A stretch of 49,985 nucleotides of DNA, from assembly GCA_002495315.1 (NCBI GenBank), contig DAEN01000051.1:1-49985 (forward strand), given 5' to 3'. This DNA is from Thaumarchaeota archaeon UBA141. Lineage in GTDB: Archaea; Thermoproteota; Nitrososphaeria; Nitrososphaerales; UBA141. A program made the translations under genes and the position numbers. Each line of letters begins with the position of its first letter. Positions within the stretch are counted from its first letter, which is position 1. A model generated the notes under the pieces. It did no database searches. It was not told the origin of the DNA and was given only the letters and a program-made list of their open reading frames with translations. This document shows positions 34,522-44,364 of the stretch, one piece after another.

Positions 34522-35649
34522 ATGATAATCAGTAAATTTGACCTATTCTTAACGAAGATACCTCTAGTTCGTCCTCAACGGATGGCTACTGGTACGAGTG
34601 AGAATCAGGAAAATGTCATAATAAAGATGTATTCTGACGAAGGTATAGTTGGTGTGGGTGAGGTACCTCATATGTTGGGTACATCTTTGATGGGAGAGTC
34701 TCAGCAGACGGCTAAAGTTGTCCTTGAGAACCATATATTCCCACAACTCATGGGAGAAAATCCCTTCGAGATAGAACGATTACATGGAATCATGGATAGT
34801 TCGATAAGATGCAACCCTAGAGCTAAGAGCGGAGTGAGTTTGGCTCTATATGATATCGTTGGAAAAGCCCTGGGAGTTCCAGTTTATACTATTCTTGGGG
34901 GCAAGGTTAGAGATAGTGTGCCACTGAGCTGGTCTATACCAATCACGAGCTATGAAAATGGAGTCAGGGAAGCCCGACAAAAGACAGAGAGTGGATGGAA
35001 AATTCTGAAGATAAAATTGGGTAGGGATGATCCTGCTGATGATATTGAAATGGTCAAGAGAATTCGAGATACTGTTGGAGATGAGGTGCAGTTAAGAGTG
35101 GATGCCAATCAAGCCTATGACGTTAAGACCGCGATACGTGTAGGGCGATCCATAGATCGGTATGGGATCGAGTTCTATGAACAACCTGTGTCTGCAGAGA
35201 ACCTGGATAGTCTAGCCGAAGTTAGTCGAGCGACTGCGATACCATTGATGGCTGACGAAAGCTTGGTAACTTTGCAAGACGCTGTTGCTATATTGAGCAA
35301 AGACGCCGCGCAGTTACTCAGCATTTATGTTTCGAAGTCGGGCGGTTTACTGAATGATAAGAAGATCGCCCATCTTGCAGAATCGTATGGTTCTGAGTGT
35401 TATCTTGGAGGAGCGCTCGAGAGTACAATAGGTGCATGTGCTGGATTACAGTTAGCAGCATCAACTCCTAATCTATCATTGGGATGTGAGCTTTATGGCC
35501 AGTATATTTTGAAGGAAGATATAGGCTGCAAACTCCTAGACTTCAGAGATGGGGAGCTAGTGGTCCCTACGGATCCTGGACTCGGACTTGAAATTGATGA
35601 AGATAAGTTAGAACGATATGTAACTGATTATTCATCAGTCGAGATCTAA
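34522..35649 (+). CDS. Enolase-superfamily enzyme, muconate-lactonizing-enzyme subgroup (dipeptide epimerase / racemase / cycloisomerase-like)
   Basis: KxK motif (LKIKLG), metal ligands in RVDANQAY, FYEQP and MADES, and a second Lys in YVSKSGG. Confidence 0.8.
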   Translation: MIISKFDLFLTKIPLVRPQRMATGTSENQENVIIKMYSDEGIVGVGEVPHMLGTSLMGESQQTAKVVLENHIFPQLMGENPFEIERLHGIMDSSIRCNPRAKSGVSLALYDIVGKALGVPVYTILGGKVRDSVPLSWSIPITSYENGVREARQKTESGWKILKIKLGRDDPADDIEMVKRIRDTVGDEVQLRVDANQAYDVKTAIRVGRSIDRYGIEFYEQPVSAENLDSLAEVSRATAIPLMADESLVTLQDAVAILSKDAAQLLSIYVSKSGGLLNDKKIAHLAESYGSECYLGGALESTIGACAGLQLAASTPNLSLGCELYGQYILKEDIGCKLLDFRDGELVVPTDPGLGLEIDEDKLERYVTDYSSVEI

Positions 35650-35719
35650 GGCCCTTGGGATTTGACTTCCACCTGAAACCGATAACGTCTGCTGGGGATC
35701 AATGATTTACGTGGAGTAA

Positions 35720-36766
35720 TTAGTTGCGCCAAACTCGTTTGAATACCCTCAAGAAGTTTCCTCCCAGTACTTTCTCTATCTCATTGTCAGAGTATCCTTT
35801 TGTGACAAGAGCTCGAGTAATGTTTTCAGTTTCGGAAACATCCCCTATGCCTTTTGGATATCGAAGTTTTCTAGGAATACTGACAAAACTTCCAAGCTCT
35901 GGGTGGCTCTCTGCCCACTTAGCTAACTTCATCCAAGTGCGTCCTCCAGACTTCTCCTCTTCTCTGATATCGGTTCCAATTCCTACATGTTCTATTCCTA
36001 TGTGATCTATTATGTACTCTACGTGTTTTAGGTAATCATCCAATGTGGAACCTTTTCTCGTTTTACTAGTGAGGAAGGAAGTAGCACCCGGGACGCCTAT
36101 TACTCCATCCTTTTCTGCTACAAGGGTCATTTGATCGTCCTTGACATTTCGAATGTGAGGGCATATTGACCAGACTGCAGAATGCGAGAAGATCACGGGA
36201 TCTCTGGAGACTTCAATCACATCCAGACTTGTACGATAGCCAACATGAGAAAGGTCGACTATCATTCCTGCTTCATTCATATTTTCCACAGCTTTCACTC
36301 CCATGTTGCTTAAACCGGCATCCGACCTTTCTCCACAGCCATCTCCGAAGTTATTCCTACCTTGGTAAGTTAGAGTTGCCATGCGGATCCCAAGTCTATG
36401 AAATATTCGAATGTGCTGGAGATTCTCTTGCATGGGTTTTGCGTTTTGGAAGGCTAGGATGACAGCAGCCTTGTTTCTTCTCTTTGCTGAGATGATGTCC
36501 TCGATCTTAGTGGCTACTATGACGTTATTTGGCCTTATTTCATCTAATTGTTCATACCACTCTTCTGTGTGCTCAACAGCATCTTGGAATGTGTCGTCTG
36601 GCCAGTTAACTGTGATGACGACTCCTGTAACTCCACCGATTTCCAATTTCTTGGTAAAATGTGAATCGAATTCATCTAGATGTGTAGCTTCAGCTGCATT
36701 TATCACTATATTCTTATCATGAATTCTAGATGCTTTCTGTACGTCATTTGCGGTAAATGTGTTCAA
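35720..36766 (-). CDS. Membrane (renal)-type dipeptidase, peptidase family M19
   Basis: VDLSHVG, IFSHSAVWSICPHIRNVKDDQ and VGIGTDI blocks. Confidence 0.8.
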   Translation of the reverse strand: MNTFTANDVQKASRIHDKNIVINAAEATHLDEFDSHFTKKLEIGGVTGVVITVNWPDDTFQDAVEHTEEWYEQLDEIRPNNVIVATKIEDIISAKRRNKAAVILAFQNAKPMQENLQHIRIFHRLGIRMATLTYQGRNNFGDGCGERSDAGLSNMGVKAVENMNEAGMIVDLSHVGYRTSLDVIEVSRDPVIFSHSAVWSICPHIRNVKDDQMTLVAEKDGVIGVPGATSFLTSKTRKGSTLDDYLKHVEYIIDHIGIEHVGIGTDIREEEKSGGRTWMKLAKWAESHPELGSFVSIPRKLRYPKGIGDVSETENITRALVTKGYSDNEIEKVLGGNFLRVFKRVWRN

Positions 36767-36892
36767 ATCTAATTTTTTGAGATGTTCATTTCATATTTAA
36801 ACAAGATGAGTTAGTAGGCGTCTCTAATATGATAAAACATAAGATCTGCTAAAGTAATGCATAAGTATCAATCTTAGGAACTTTAACAAGAT

Positions 36893-37957
36893 TTGGCTCA
36901 AATCAAGAGCTTCGATACGGATATGTATGATCGGACATATTGTGCATTGGTAACTGCTTTCAAGCCAGACAGTCTTGAGGTAGATGAGGAGGCGTATCGG
37001 AAACTTGTTCGATATTATACTACAAACAAGTACTTCATAGAGACAAAGGGATCTCTGGTAGTGAATCCTGAGGCGGGGGAAATCTTCTACTTGACTGCTG
37101 AGGAAAGGAGATGTCTAATACGAATTGTAATGAAAGAACGCCCTTCGGAAATGCCGATTTTTGCTGGCTGTTATGGACTACGGATGGATGAGGTCATTGA
37201 ATCAGCACTCGATGCTAAGTCCCTTGGGGTTGACGGAATCTTTGTCATGCCGCCAGCTGGGGCAAGTGAAGTTTCGACTTACTATGATGGTTCTGGTAAC
37301 CCTGAAGTATTCACAGCTTATGTGCGAGACATTGCTGAAGCTACACAGCTGCCAATTATTGTCCATGCCAGCCATCCGAGTACCCCCAAATGGGGCAAGG
37401 GCCTCCCTATAGAAACGGTCAAGATGGTGCTTGAGGAGGTACCAAGTGTCGTTGGATGGAAGATGATCTACGGAAGCATGGACGCACATTTCAGAATTGC
37501 ACGGTACATAAGATCCTTGTCACGACATGTTGGAATACTGAACGCTCCTCATTTCTGTTATCATACCGCGCTGATTTGCAACCTCCTGGACGGGGCAGTG
37601 CAGGGCGCCTACAACTTTAACATGGAAAGTCTTGTCGCACATACGATTGCCTGGGAACAGGGAAATCTCGATGGAGCAAGGAAAATCTGGAATAAGGAGA
37701 TTATGCCATTGCAGGAATACGTCTATGCAGACCGGCCAAGATTACATGTACGGTATAAGCTGGCGACTTGGATTCGCGGCCTAATCTCGCACCCGTTCAT
37801 GAGGCCTCCAAACCCCCAGCCAAATGCAGATGAAGCGGAACGTATGTATGAAGTAATCCGGAAGACCGGACTGAGTCATATCGAACGGGTGGAATTCGAT
37901 GATGTTTTGGAGAAAAGACCTAACATTACAAATCATGTCCCTCTTACGCACACATAA
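36893..37957 (+). CDS. Dihydrodipicolinate synthase / N-acetylneuraminate lyase family (class I aldolase-like) protein
   Basis: 354 aa. NPEAGEIFYLTAEERR corresponds to the GTTGE..LT.EER block, and VVGWKMIYG to the Schiff-base Lys block. Longer than typical DapA. Confidence 0.6.
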   Translation: MAQIKSFDTDMYDRTYCALVTAFKPDSLEVDEEAYRKLVRYYTTNKYFIETKGSLVVNPEAGEIFYLTAEERRCLIRIVMKERPSEMPIFAGCYGLRMDEVIESALDAKSLGVDGIFVMPPAGASEVSTYYDGSGNPEVFTAYVRDIAEATQLPIIVHASHPSTPKWGKGLPIETVKMVLEEVPSVVGWKMIYGSMDAHFRIARYIRSLSRHVGILNAPHFCYHTALICNLLDGAVQGAYNFNMESLVAHTIAWEQGNLDGARKIWNKEIMPLQEYVYADRPRLHVRYKLATWIRGLISHPFMRPPNPQPNADEAERMYEVIRKTGLSHIERVEFDDVLEKRPNITNHVPLTHT

Positions 37958-38052
37958 ATCACACTGGAAAGTCACCGCATCGATTAGTTTGCCAGAACTA
38001 AGACTAAATTGCAGGGTTTAGATTTTCATTTAGTATAAGCTCTGCATCCAAA

Positions 38053-38850
38053 CTAGTTGCTGCTCTTTACAATATCGAGGAATTCTTCAACTACGTGGTT
38101 GAAGAAGGCCGGTTGCTCCAGGCAACAACCGTGTCCAGCCCCGGCCACTTGGATATGTCTGCTTCCAGGAATCTTCTCGCTCATTTCGATGCTACCATTC
38201 AGAGCGTTGTCAAATTCGCCGGCTATTACGAGTGTCGGCACGGTGAAATCCTGACTGCCTACCGGATCTTTCCATTCCTTGATGGCCTGATAGATTTGCA
38301 TGATGGTTTGGACGTTCAAGTTCGGGGCTATCTTCAGGAATTGGCTGATTAGATACTTGCCAAGGTCGCTTTTGACAAACTGTTCGCTTAGTAGAGATTT
38401 TAGATGCACCGGATAGTAAGTCAAAACTCCCTCGTTCCCGTAGCGTTCGATATTCTTATCCGCAAACTGTTTGGAATTGGGATTTGAATAAGATCCCGTC
38501 CCGACGAGTATGAGGGCTCTTACTAGATCTCCATGGTCGACGTAGAGCTGTCTTGCTATTATCCCGCCTACCGAAATACCCATAACGATTGTTTTGGTTA
38601 TTCCTGCTGTTTTACAGACGGAAAAAACGTCATCTGACATATCACGAAGGGTGAAATCTCCTCCTGGCTTATCGGAGTGGCCGTAGCCTCGAAGGTCCAT
38701 CGAAGTGGTTCTGTACGACGTGCTGAATTTGCTCACTTGGTACATCCAGAGGCGATGATCAAAGGGGTTTGCATGTACTAGAAGGAGGTCCGGTCCTAGG
38801 CCGGAGGTCTCGTAGTATATCTTGACTTTTCCATTATTGGCCCACGGCAT
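38053..38850 (-). CDS. Alpha/beta-fold hydrolase
   Basis: Nucleophile elbow GISVGG, HG-type oxyanion region LLLVHANPFD and C-terminal AGHGCCLEQP. Confidence 0.75.
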   Translation of the reverse strand: MPWANNGKVKIYYETSGLGPDLLLVHANPFDHRLWMYQVSKFSTSYRTTSMDLRGYGHSDKPGGDFTLRDMSDDVFSVCKTAGITKTIVMGISVGGIIARQLYVDHGDLVRALILVGTGSYSNPNSKQFADKNIERYGNEGVLTYYPVHLKSLLSEQFVKSDLGKYLISQFLKIAPNLNVQTIMQIYQAIKEWKDPVGSQDFTVPTLVIAGEFDNALNGSIEMSEKIPGSRHIQVAGAGHGCCLEQPAFFNHVVEEFLDIVKSSN

Positions 38851-38886
38851 CAGAATGTCTACAACGCTGTCTCAATAAATCGATAT

Positions 38887-39660
38887 TTAACGCATCCCTG
38901 GGATGGGATCGACAGGTTTTCTGCATATTGTGGCAGCTACTGCTATGTCATCCGGGTAATTGTCGAAGAAGCTTCTGAATTCTCTCATCATGCGTCTAGC
39001 TTGAGGGTTCTTTGCGGATGTCCAGAGCGCCTTCCCCATATCCATGACGGTGGCAAGTTTTTCTCTGTGGAAGTCATCCAAGAACTTGGACCTGAGGGTC
39101 AGACGCTTGATTCCGAACTGCATAACAGAGAAACCTGTTTCGGTGAGAATCTTCCTCCAGGCGGGTTCATCCATAGGCTGAAATGGGAGTCCAAAAAAAT
39201 TGTTTAGTTCTTCTTGTTTCTGAGATGATAACTTCTCCCTGAGGTTTATCAGCTCAAGCAAAGCTAACGTCCCTCCCGGTCGGAGATTCAGGAAGATCTC
39301 GCGTATCAAGGGTTCCTTTCTGTGGATAAACGCTAGTATTGATTCCGCAAATACTGCGTCAAAGGCTCCATCTGGAGTCTTTGGATCGTCTTTGTTAAGG
39401 ACTGATGTGGAGATGGTATTGCTGACGCCCGTTTTATCAGCTGTCGTGACGGTCTTCTTAACCAGATCATCTGAGATATCCATCGCCGTTAGGCAGCAGC
39501 CATATTTCGACGCTAAATATATCGCGCTCTTTCCAAAGCCACAACCGATATTGAGTATCCTCATGCCCGCCTGAGGTTCTATACGATCGGCAAGCCCGAA
39601 AGGAACGTCAAAGCCGTAGAGCCATTTTGACTGCATGTAACGGAGATCCCTGAAGGACAC
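38887..39660 (-). CDS. Class I SAM-dependent methyltransferase
   Basis: Motif I ILNIGCGFGKSA followed by the acidic loop LTAMDIS. Confidence 0.75.
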   Translation of the reverse strand: MSFRDLRYMQSKWLYGFDVPFGLADRIEPQAGMRILNIGCGFGKSAIYLASKYGCCLTAMDISDDLVKKTVTTADKTGVSNTISTSVLNKDDPKTPDGAFDAVFAESILAFIHRKEPLIREIFLNLRPGGTLALLELINLREKLSSQKQEELNNFFGLPFQPMDEPAWRKILTETGFSVMQFGIKRLTLRSKFLDDFHREKLATVMDMGKALWTSAKNPQARRMMREFRSFFDNYPDDIAVAATICRKPVDPIPGMR

Positions 39661-39765
39661 GTCTGAGTTACGTTGTCACCACTTTCGTATATCTCTTCGA
39701 GCTGAAAAATGATCGACTAATTCTCCACTGAAAAGTTAACTTCGTTACCATATCAGTATGTTGCC

Positions 39766-40536
39766 ATGGATCGGCATAGGCTCCTTGGGAAGGTTGGAGT
39801 AGTCACAGGCGGCGGCTCGGGAATAGGAAGAGCGACGGCGGAGCTCTTCGCTCATGAGGGAGCAAAGGTGGTGGTCGTAGATAACATATCTCTAAGTGGC
39901 GAAGAGACAGTTCAACTTATTGAGAAAGGAGGCGGCAATGCGTTGTATCTTAACGCAGACGTATCAATAGATGGTCAAGTCCGCGAAATGGTCGAATCAA
40001 CTATATCAAAATTCAAGAAAATTGACATTCTCTTCAACAACGTTGGTCAAAACCTGTACAAGCCAGTGTTAGATGTCGAAGAGAGAGAATGGGATCACAT
40101 CATTGCAGTAAATCTAAAGAGTATCTATTTGGCCTCTAAGTATGCTCTTCCATATATGATAAAGGGTGGAGGTGGCAGTATAGTCAACACCGCGTCCACT
40201 TTCGGTCTCATTGGAAACCCAAAGATGCCTGCTTATTGTGCTTCTAAGGGGGGCATAGTGTCTCTCACTAAGCAGATGGCTTTGGATTATGCCGCGCATA
40301 ATGTTCGAATTAATTGTATTTGCCCTGGTCCAACGCTTACGCCCAGAATCGCAAAGAAGATAAGCTCTGTTGAAGATCCTGACGGATACCGACAAGATCT
40401 CCTTTCCACTGTCCCTCTTGGCAGGTTCGCTGAGGCTATTGAAATAGCCCACAGTGTCCTCTTCCTTGCATCTGATGAATCATCATTTGTCACTGGATCG
40501 GCACTTGTGGTGGACGGTGGCCAAACAGCACATTGA
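39766..40536 (+). CDS. Short-chain dehydrogenase/reductase (SDR)
   Basis: TGGGSGIGRA, NNVG and YCASKGG motifs. Confidence 0.9.
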   Translation: MDRHRLLGKVGVVTGGGSGIGRATAELFAHEGAKVVVVDNISLSGEETVQLIEKGGGNALYLNADVSIDGQVREMVESTISKFKKIDILFNNVGQNLYKPVLDVEEREWDHIIAVNLKSIYLASKYALPYMIKGGGGSIVNTASTFGLIGNPKMPAYCASKGGIVSLTKQMALDYAAHNVRINCICPGPTLTPRIAKKISSVEDPDGYRQDLLSTVPLGRFAEAIEIAHSVLFLASDESSFVTGSALVVDGGQTAH

Positions 40537-40692
40537 TGTTGTATGATTCTTGTACGCTGAGGTTGGTTCAACACTCAGAAATGGGCTTTCTATCAATCCC
40601 TTCTCATTTTTAGAGGAAAAACTAGATTTACTCTATTTTATTCTGTATTTGAATAGTCATAAGATTTAACATGTCGTAATATCTATTGGAAA

Positions 40693-41670
40693 ATGAAAGT
40701 CGTAATGAGTAGCCTATCCAGAGGAAAACTACTCGAGTTCTATCGGAAGATGCTTTTGATGCGAAGGTTTGATGAGAAGGCGGGCGAGTTAATAGCTGAT
40801 GGAGAGCCGATCTATGAAACTCATCCCGTCATGGGTCAAGAAGCTGTACCCGTCGGCGTCTGTGCCCATTTAGAGCGGGGTGACTATATTGTCCCAAACT
40901 ATCGGAATCACGGTCACTGTATAGCTATGGGGATGAATGTAAAAGGGATGATGGCGGAGCTCTATGGAAAATCCGGTGGAGTCTGTAAGGGAAAAGGTGG
41001 TCCCATGCACATGGCGGACATGTCGAAAGGCGTTCTCCCAGGAATCGGAATCGTGGGAGGTACTATACCTCCTGCCGTTGGCGTGGCGCTGGCAGCGAAG
41101 ATGAAACAGACCGATCGCGTTTCTGTATGTTTCTTTGGTGACGGAGCTACTTCCATAGGCGCCTTTCATGAAGGATTGAATCTGGCGTCTCTCTGGTCAC
41201 TTCCTGTGATCTTTGTATGTGAAAACAACCAATATGCTAGCCGAGATCCGCTAGAACTGACTAGTCCTGTCAAGGACGTGGCAACTCGTGCCTCCGCTTA
41301 CGCTATACGTAAGAGAACTGCTGGAGGAAACGACGTTTCCGAAGTCTACAAGGCTGCTGGCGAATCAATAAGGGATGCTAGGAAAGGTAAAGGTCCAACC
41401 TTACTGGAATTCAAGACCTTCCTTACTGCACCGCATTCACTTAATCCCGTGATGTATGAAAATGTTCCAAAGGCTGAACTAGCGAAATGGAAAAAGAAAG
41501 ATCCTGTGCAACTCCTGCGCGGTAGATTAGTCAAGGCGAATCTCCTCACAAGGCAAGCAGATGAACAATTGATCGCAGAGGTGGCTAATCAAATAGAAGA
41601 CGCCTATACTTTCGCAAGAAAAAGTCCATATCCATCTCCCAAAGAAGTCCTAGAGGATTTGTACGCGTAA
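40693..41670 (+). CDS. Thiamine-diphosphate-dependent 2-oxoacid dehydrogenase E1 component, alpha subunit
   Basis: YRNHGHCIAMG, GKGGPMH and FFGDGATSIGAFHEGLNLA ... CENNQYA motifs. Confidence 0.85.
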   Translation: MKVVMSSLSRGKLLEFYRKMLLMRRFDEKAGELIADGEPIYETHPVMGQEAVPVGVCAHLERGDYIVPNYRNHGHCIAMGMNVKGMMAELYGKSGGVCKGKGGPMHMADMSKGVLPGIGIVGGTIPPAVGVALAAKMKQTDRVSVCFFGDGATSIGAFHEGLNLASLWSLPVIFVCENNQYASRDPLELTSPVKDVATRASAYAIRKRTAGGNDVSEVYKAAGESIRDARKGKGPTLLEFKTFLTAPHSLNPVMYENVPKAELAKWKKKDPVQLLRGRLVKANLLTRQADEQLIAEVANQIEDAYTFARKSPYPSPKEVLEDLYA

Positions 41671-41688
41671 TAGGACTGGTGTTGAGTT

Positions 41689-42654
41689 TTGCGTGAGATT
41701 TCTTACAACGATGCAATCAATGAAGCACTCTCTGAAGAGATGAGCAGAGATGATGCGGTTTTTCTGATGGGTGAAGGTGTTCATTCACCGGCCGCACTTG
41801 TAGATCGATTTGGGACTGAAAGAGTGAGAACTACGCCGATATCAGAGAATGGTTTCGGAGGAACGGCAGTGGGAGCGGCTGTTGTTGGCCTCCGGCCAGT
41901 CGTGGAGTTTCGAAATGCAGCATTTCTCTTGTCTGGATTTGATCAGATCGTCAGCAATGCTGCGAAGCTGCGTTACATGTCTGGTGGACAGCTCACAATT
42001 CCCGTAGTCTTTATGCTCAGTTTTTCTTCTGGCCTTCGCAGAGGTGCCCAACACAGCTTCAATCCATTATCTTGGTTTGCGAACTGTCCTGGATTGAAGA
42101 TTGTTGTACCGAGTACGGCATACGATGCCAAGGGACTCCTAAAGACTGCTATACGCGACAACAACCCGGTTATCTATATGCGACAAGGAATGGTCGCAAC
42201 AACAAGGGGGGAAGTACCAAGAAAAGACTATACTATTCCATTTGGTTCTGCTGAGATTCGTCGAGAAGGTGTTGATGTTACAATATTGGCGACACTTAAT
42301 TCAGTCTCGATGAGTCTTGCGGTAGCAGAGAAACTTGCTAAACAAGGGATCAGCGCTGAAGTAGTCGATCCCAGAAGCTTAGTGCCACTAGACAAGAAGA
42401 AAATCCTGAGCTCAGTGGAAAAGACAGGACGGCTAGTAGTCGTTGATGAGTCATATGAAACTGCAGGCTTGGCTAGCGCGTTGGCTGCTATTGTGGCCGA
42501 AGAAGGATTTCAATATCTCAAGTGTCCAATAAAACGTGTTTCTACACTCGATGTACCTTTTCCATACAGTCCTCCCTTGGAAGATTACATGCTTCCAACT
42601 CCAGAGAAAATCACGAAAGCGGTTCGAGAAACGTTCAACACGAAGTCCCGTTGA
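41689..42654 (+). CDS. 2-oxoacid dehydrogenase E1 component, beta subunit (TTG start)
   Basis: ISYNDAINEALSEEMSRDDAVFLMGEGV and TPISENGFGGTAVGAA match the transketolase-like pyrimidine-binding domain pattern. Confidence 0.85.
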   Translation: MREISYNDAINEALSEEMSRDDAVFLMGEGVHSPAALVDRFGTERVRTTPISENGFGGTAVGAAVVGLRPVVEFRNAAFLLSGFDQIVSNAAKLRYMSGGQLTIPVVFMLSFSSGLRRGAQHSFNPLSWFANCPGLKIVVPSTAYDAKGLLKTAIRDNNPVIYMRQGMVATTRGEVPRKDYTIPFGSAEIRREGVDVTILATLNSVSMSLAVAEKLAKQGISAEVVDPRSLVPLDKKKILSSVEKTGRLVVVDESYETAGLASALAAIVAEEGFQYLKCPIKRVSTLDVPFPYSPPLEDYMLPTPEKITKAVRETFNTKSR

Positions 42655-42983
42655 ATGATCTAGCATGACATGCATTCTTCTTTAAATGAGATTGTGGTCG
42701 TATTAGGATCCAAGCATCATTCAACTTCATTACTTCAGGATTCAGCTAACAAGTACGACAATCCTTCTGTTTTCTGTTCTGCATATCACAAATTACATGA
42801 ATTACGAGAATTTCGAAAGACAGTGGTGCCATTGAATGCTAATGATCTGCTATTTGTCGTTCACGTCTCGAGGCATCCTTTTTTGCCAGATGCAAGTGTA
42901 CTTGCGGGTGCACTTGTAGGTTTGAACGGACTCTTGCCGCCAGGCTCTACCGTATCCGTTCAGACTCCTCCATTTGGGATGGG

Positions 42984-44363
42984 TTACATTCTTTCCTTTA
43001 TTGGAGCGGTAAACTTCCCGTAGCCTGGCTTCACCACAACCTCTGCATTCTCCATGACTACCTTGCCCCTCAGGATGGTGTAGAGCGGTATCCCCTGGAC
43101 CTCTTTGTCTTCGTAGGGTGACCACCCTACTTTCGTGTACAGATGTTCTGAAGTTATGGTCCGCTTCGCCTTGAGATCGATGATGGTGAGGTCGGCGTCG
43201 GATCCCACGGCTATCACTCCCTTCTTGGGATAGAGGCCAATAAGCTTGGACGGCTCTTCGCAAGAGATCTGCACAAGTCTGTTCAGGGTTATGCGTTCCT
43301 TATTTACTTCTGTCAACATCATCGAAAGATAGTGTTCCAGCTGAGGGCTGCCAAACGGGGCACTCCACGCATCCTTCCTTGCTACGGCGATCTCTTCTTC
43401 GGTATGAGGAGCGTGGTCCGTCGCTAAGACACTAATCGTACCATCATTTAGCGCCTTCCAGACGGCATCAATTCTATCTCTGCTGAAGAAGCCAGCGGGC
43501 ATGGCCAATGGCCCTATCTTGTCGAGGTCGGATCTACCAAGCAGGAAGTACTTTGGGTCGACCTGAGCACTGACATTTAGTCCCTCCTGTCTTGCCTTCC
43601 TGATTAGATCTATTGCCCTAACGGAATGTGTATGAAGAAGATGGAGGCCTACACCGGTCTCTCGTGCTAGCGCCAGGAGCGAAGATATGGAACTTTCATA
43701 GATAAGTTCGTCCACGTAGACTTCTGAGAAGGCTTCGTAGTCTCGTCTACCAATATTCCAAAAGTCCTCAGATTTGGCATCGAATATCTGCATATCACAG
43801 GGATGAACTAGACACGGGAGCCCGGTTTTGCGAACCTCGCGAAAGGTCTTCAGCAGGAGACCATGATCCTCTATGCATACCCTTGGATCGTGAGGATATG
43901 CTCCTCTGACCATGAATACTTTGAAGCCAGAGGCTCCTGCTGAGGCCATTCCTTCAGCAGCCCCAAGGCTCGGAAAGACGAAATGACCAAAGTCTACGCT
44001 GGCCTTCCCAGAAGCCAGAGCCTTCTTCTCTTCCAAGGTCTTTACGCTGTTTGTAGGCGGTTCCGTGTTTGGCATGTCTACCAACATAGTTACTCCACCT
44101 GCTGCGGCTGCTTTCGTACCAGTCTCAAAATCCTCTTTGTGTGTGTAACCCGGCTCTCTCAAGTGAGCGTGAGTGTCTACCAGACCGGGAATGACGATCT
44201 TCCCTTCGGCATGAATTGACTGGGTCGCGTTAGCCAGAGAGGTGTCGTTCGTGATGCCTGCTATCCTGCCACCATCAACAAGAATGTCCGCTTTGAGCAA
44301 CTGGCCTGCCTGAAATATCATTGCGTCTCTTACTATGAGATCATATGTAGTCATGCACAACAT
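42984..44363 (-). CDS. Allantoinase / dihydroorotase-like cyclic amidohydrolase
   Basis: 459 aa. Motifs: GLVDTHAHLREPG..KEDFETGTKAAAAGGVTMLVDMPNTEPP, FKVFM, LHLLHTHS and ATDHAPH. Confidence 0.8.
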   Translation of the reverse strand: MLCMTTYDLIVRDAMIFQAGQLLKADILVDGGRIAGITNDTSLANATQSIHAEGKIVIPGLVDTHAHLREPGYTHKEDFETGTKAAAAGGVTMLVDMPNTEPPTNSVKTLEEKKALASGKASVDFGHFVFPSLGAAEGMASAGASGFKVFMVRGAYPHDPRVCIEDHGLLLKTFREVRKTGLPCLVHPCDMQIFDAKSEDFWNIGRRDYEAFSEVYVDELIYESSISSLLALARETGVGLHLLHTHSVRAIDLIRKARQEGLNVSAQVDPKYFLLGRSDLDKIGPLAMPAGFFSRDRIDAVWKALNDGTISVLATDHAPHTEEEIAVARKDAWSAPFGSPQLEHYLSMMLTEVNKERITLNRLVQISCEEPSKLIGLYPKKGVIAVGSDADLTIIDLKAKRTITSEHLYTKVGWSPYEDKEVQGIPLYTILRGKVVMENAEVVVKPGYGKFTAPIKERM

Positions 44364-44364
44364 C

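Noticed and set aside
42670-43023. 117-aa plus-strand ORF in the gap after E1 beta
   Set aside because: I recognise no family. Its 3' end overlaps the conserved C-terminus of the convergent amidohydrolase. I kept it only as a note under the E1 finding.
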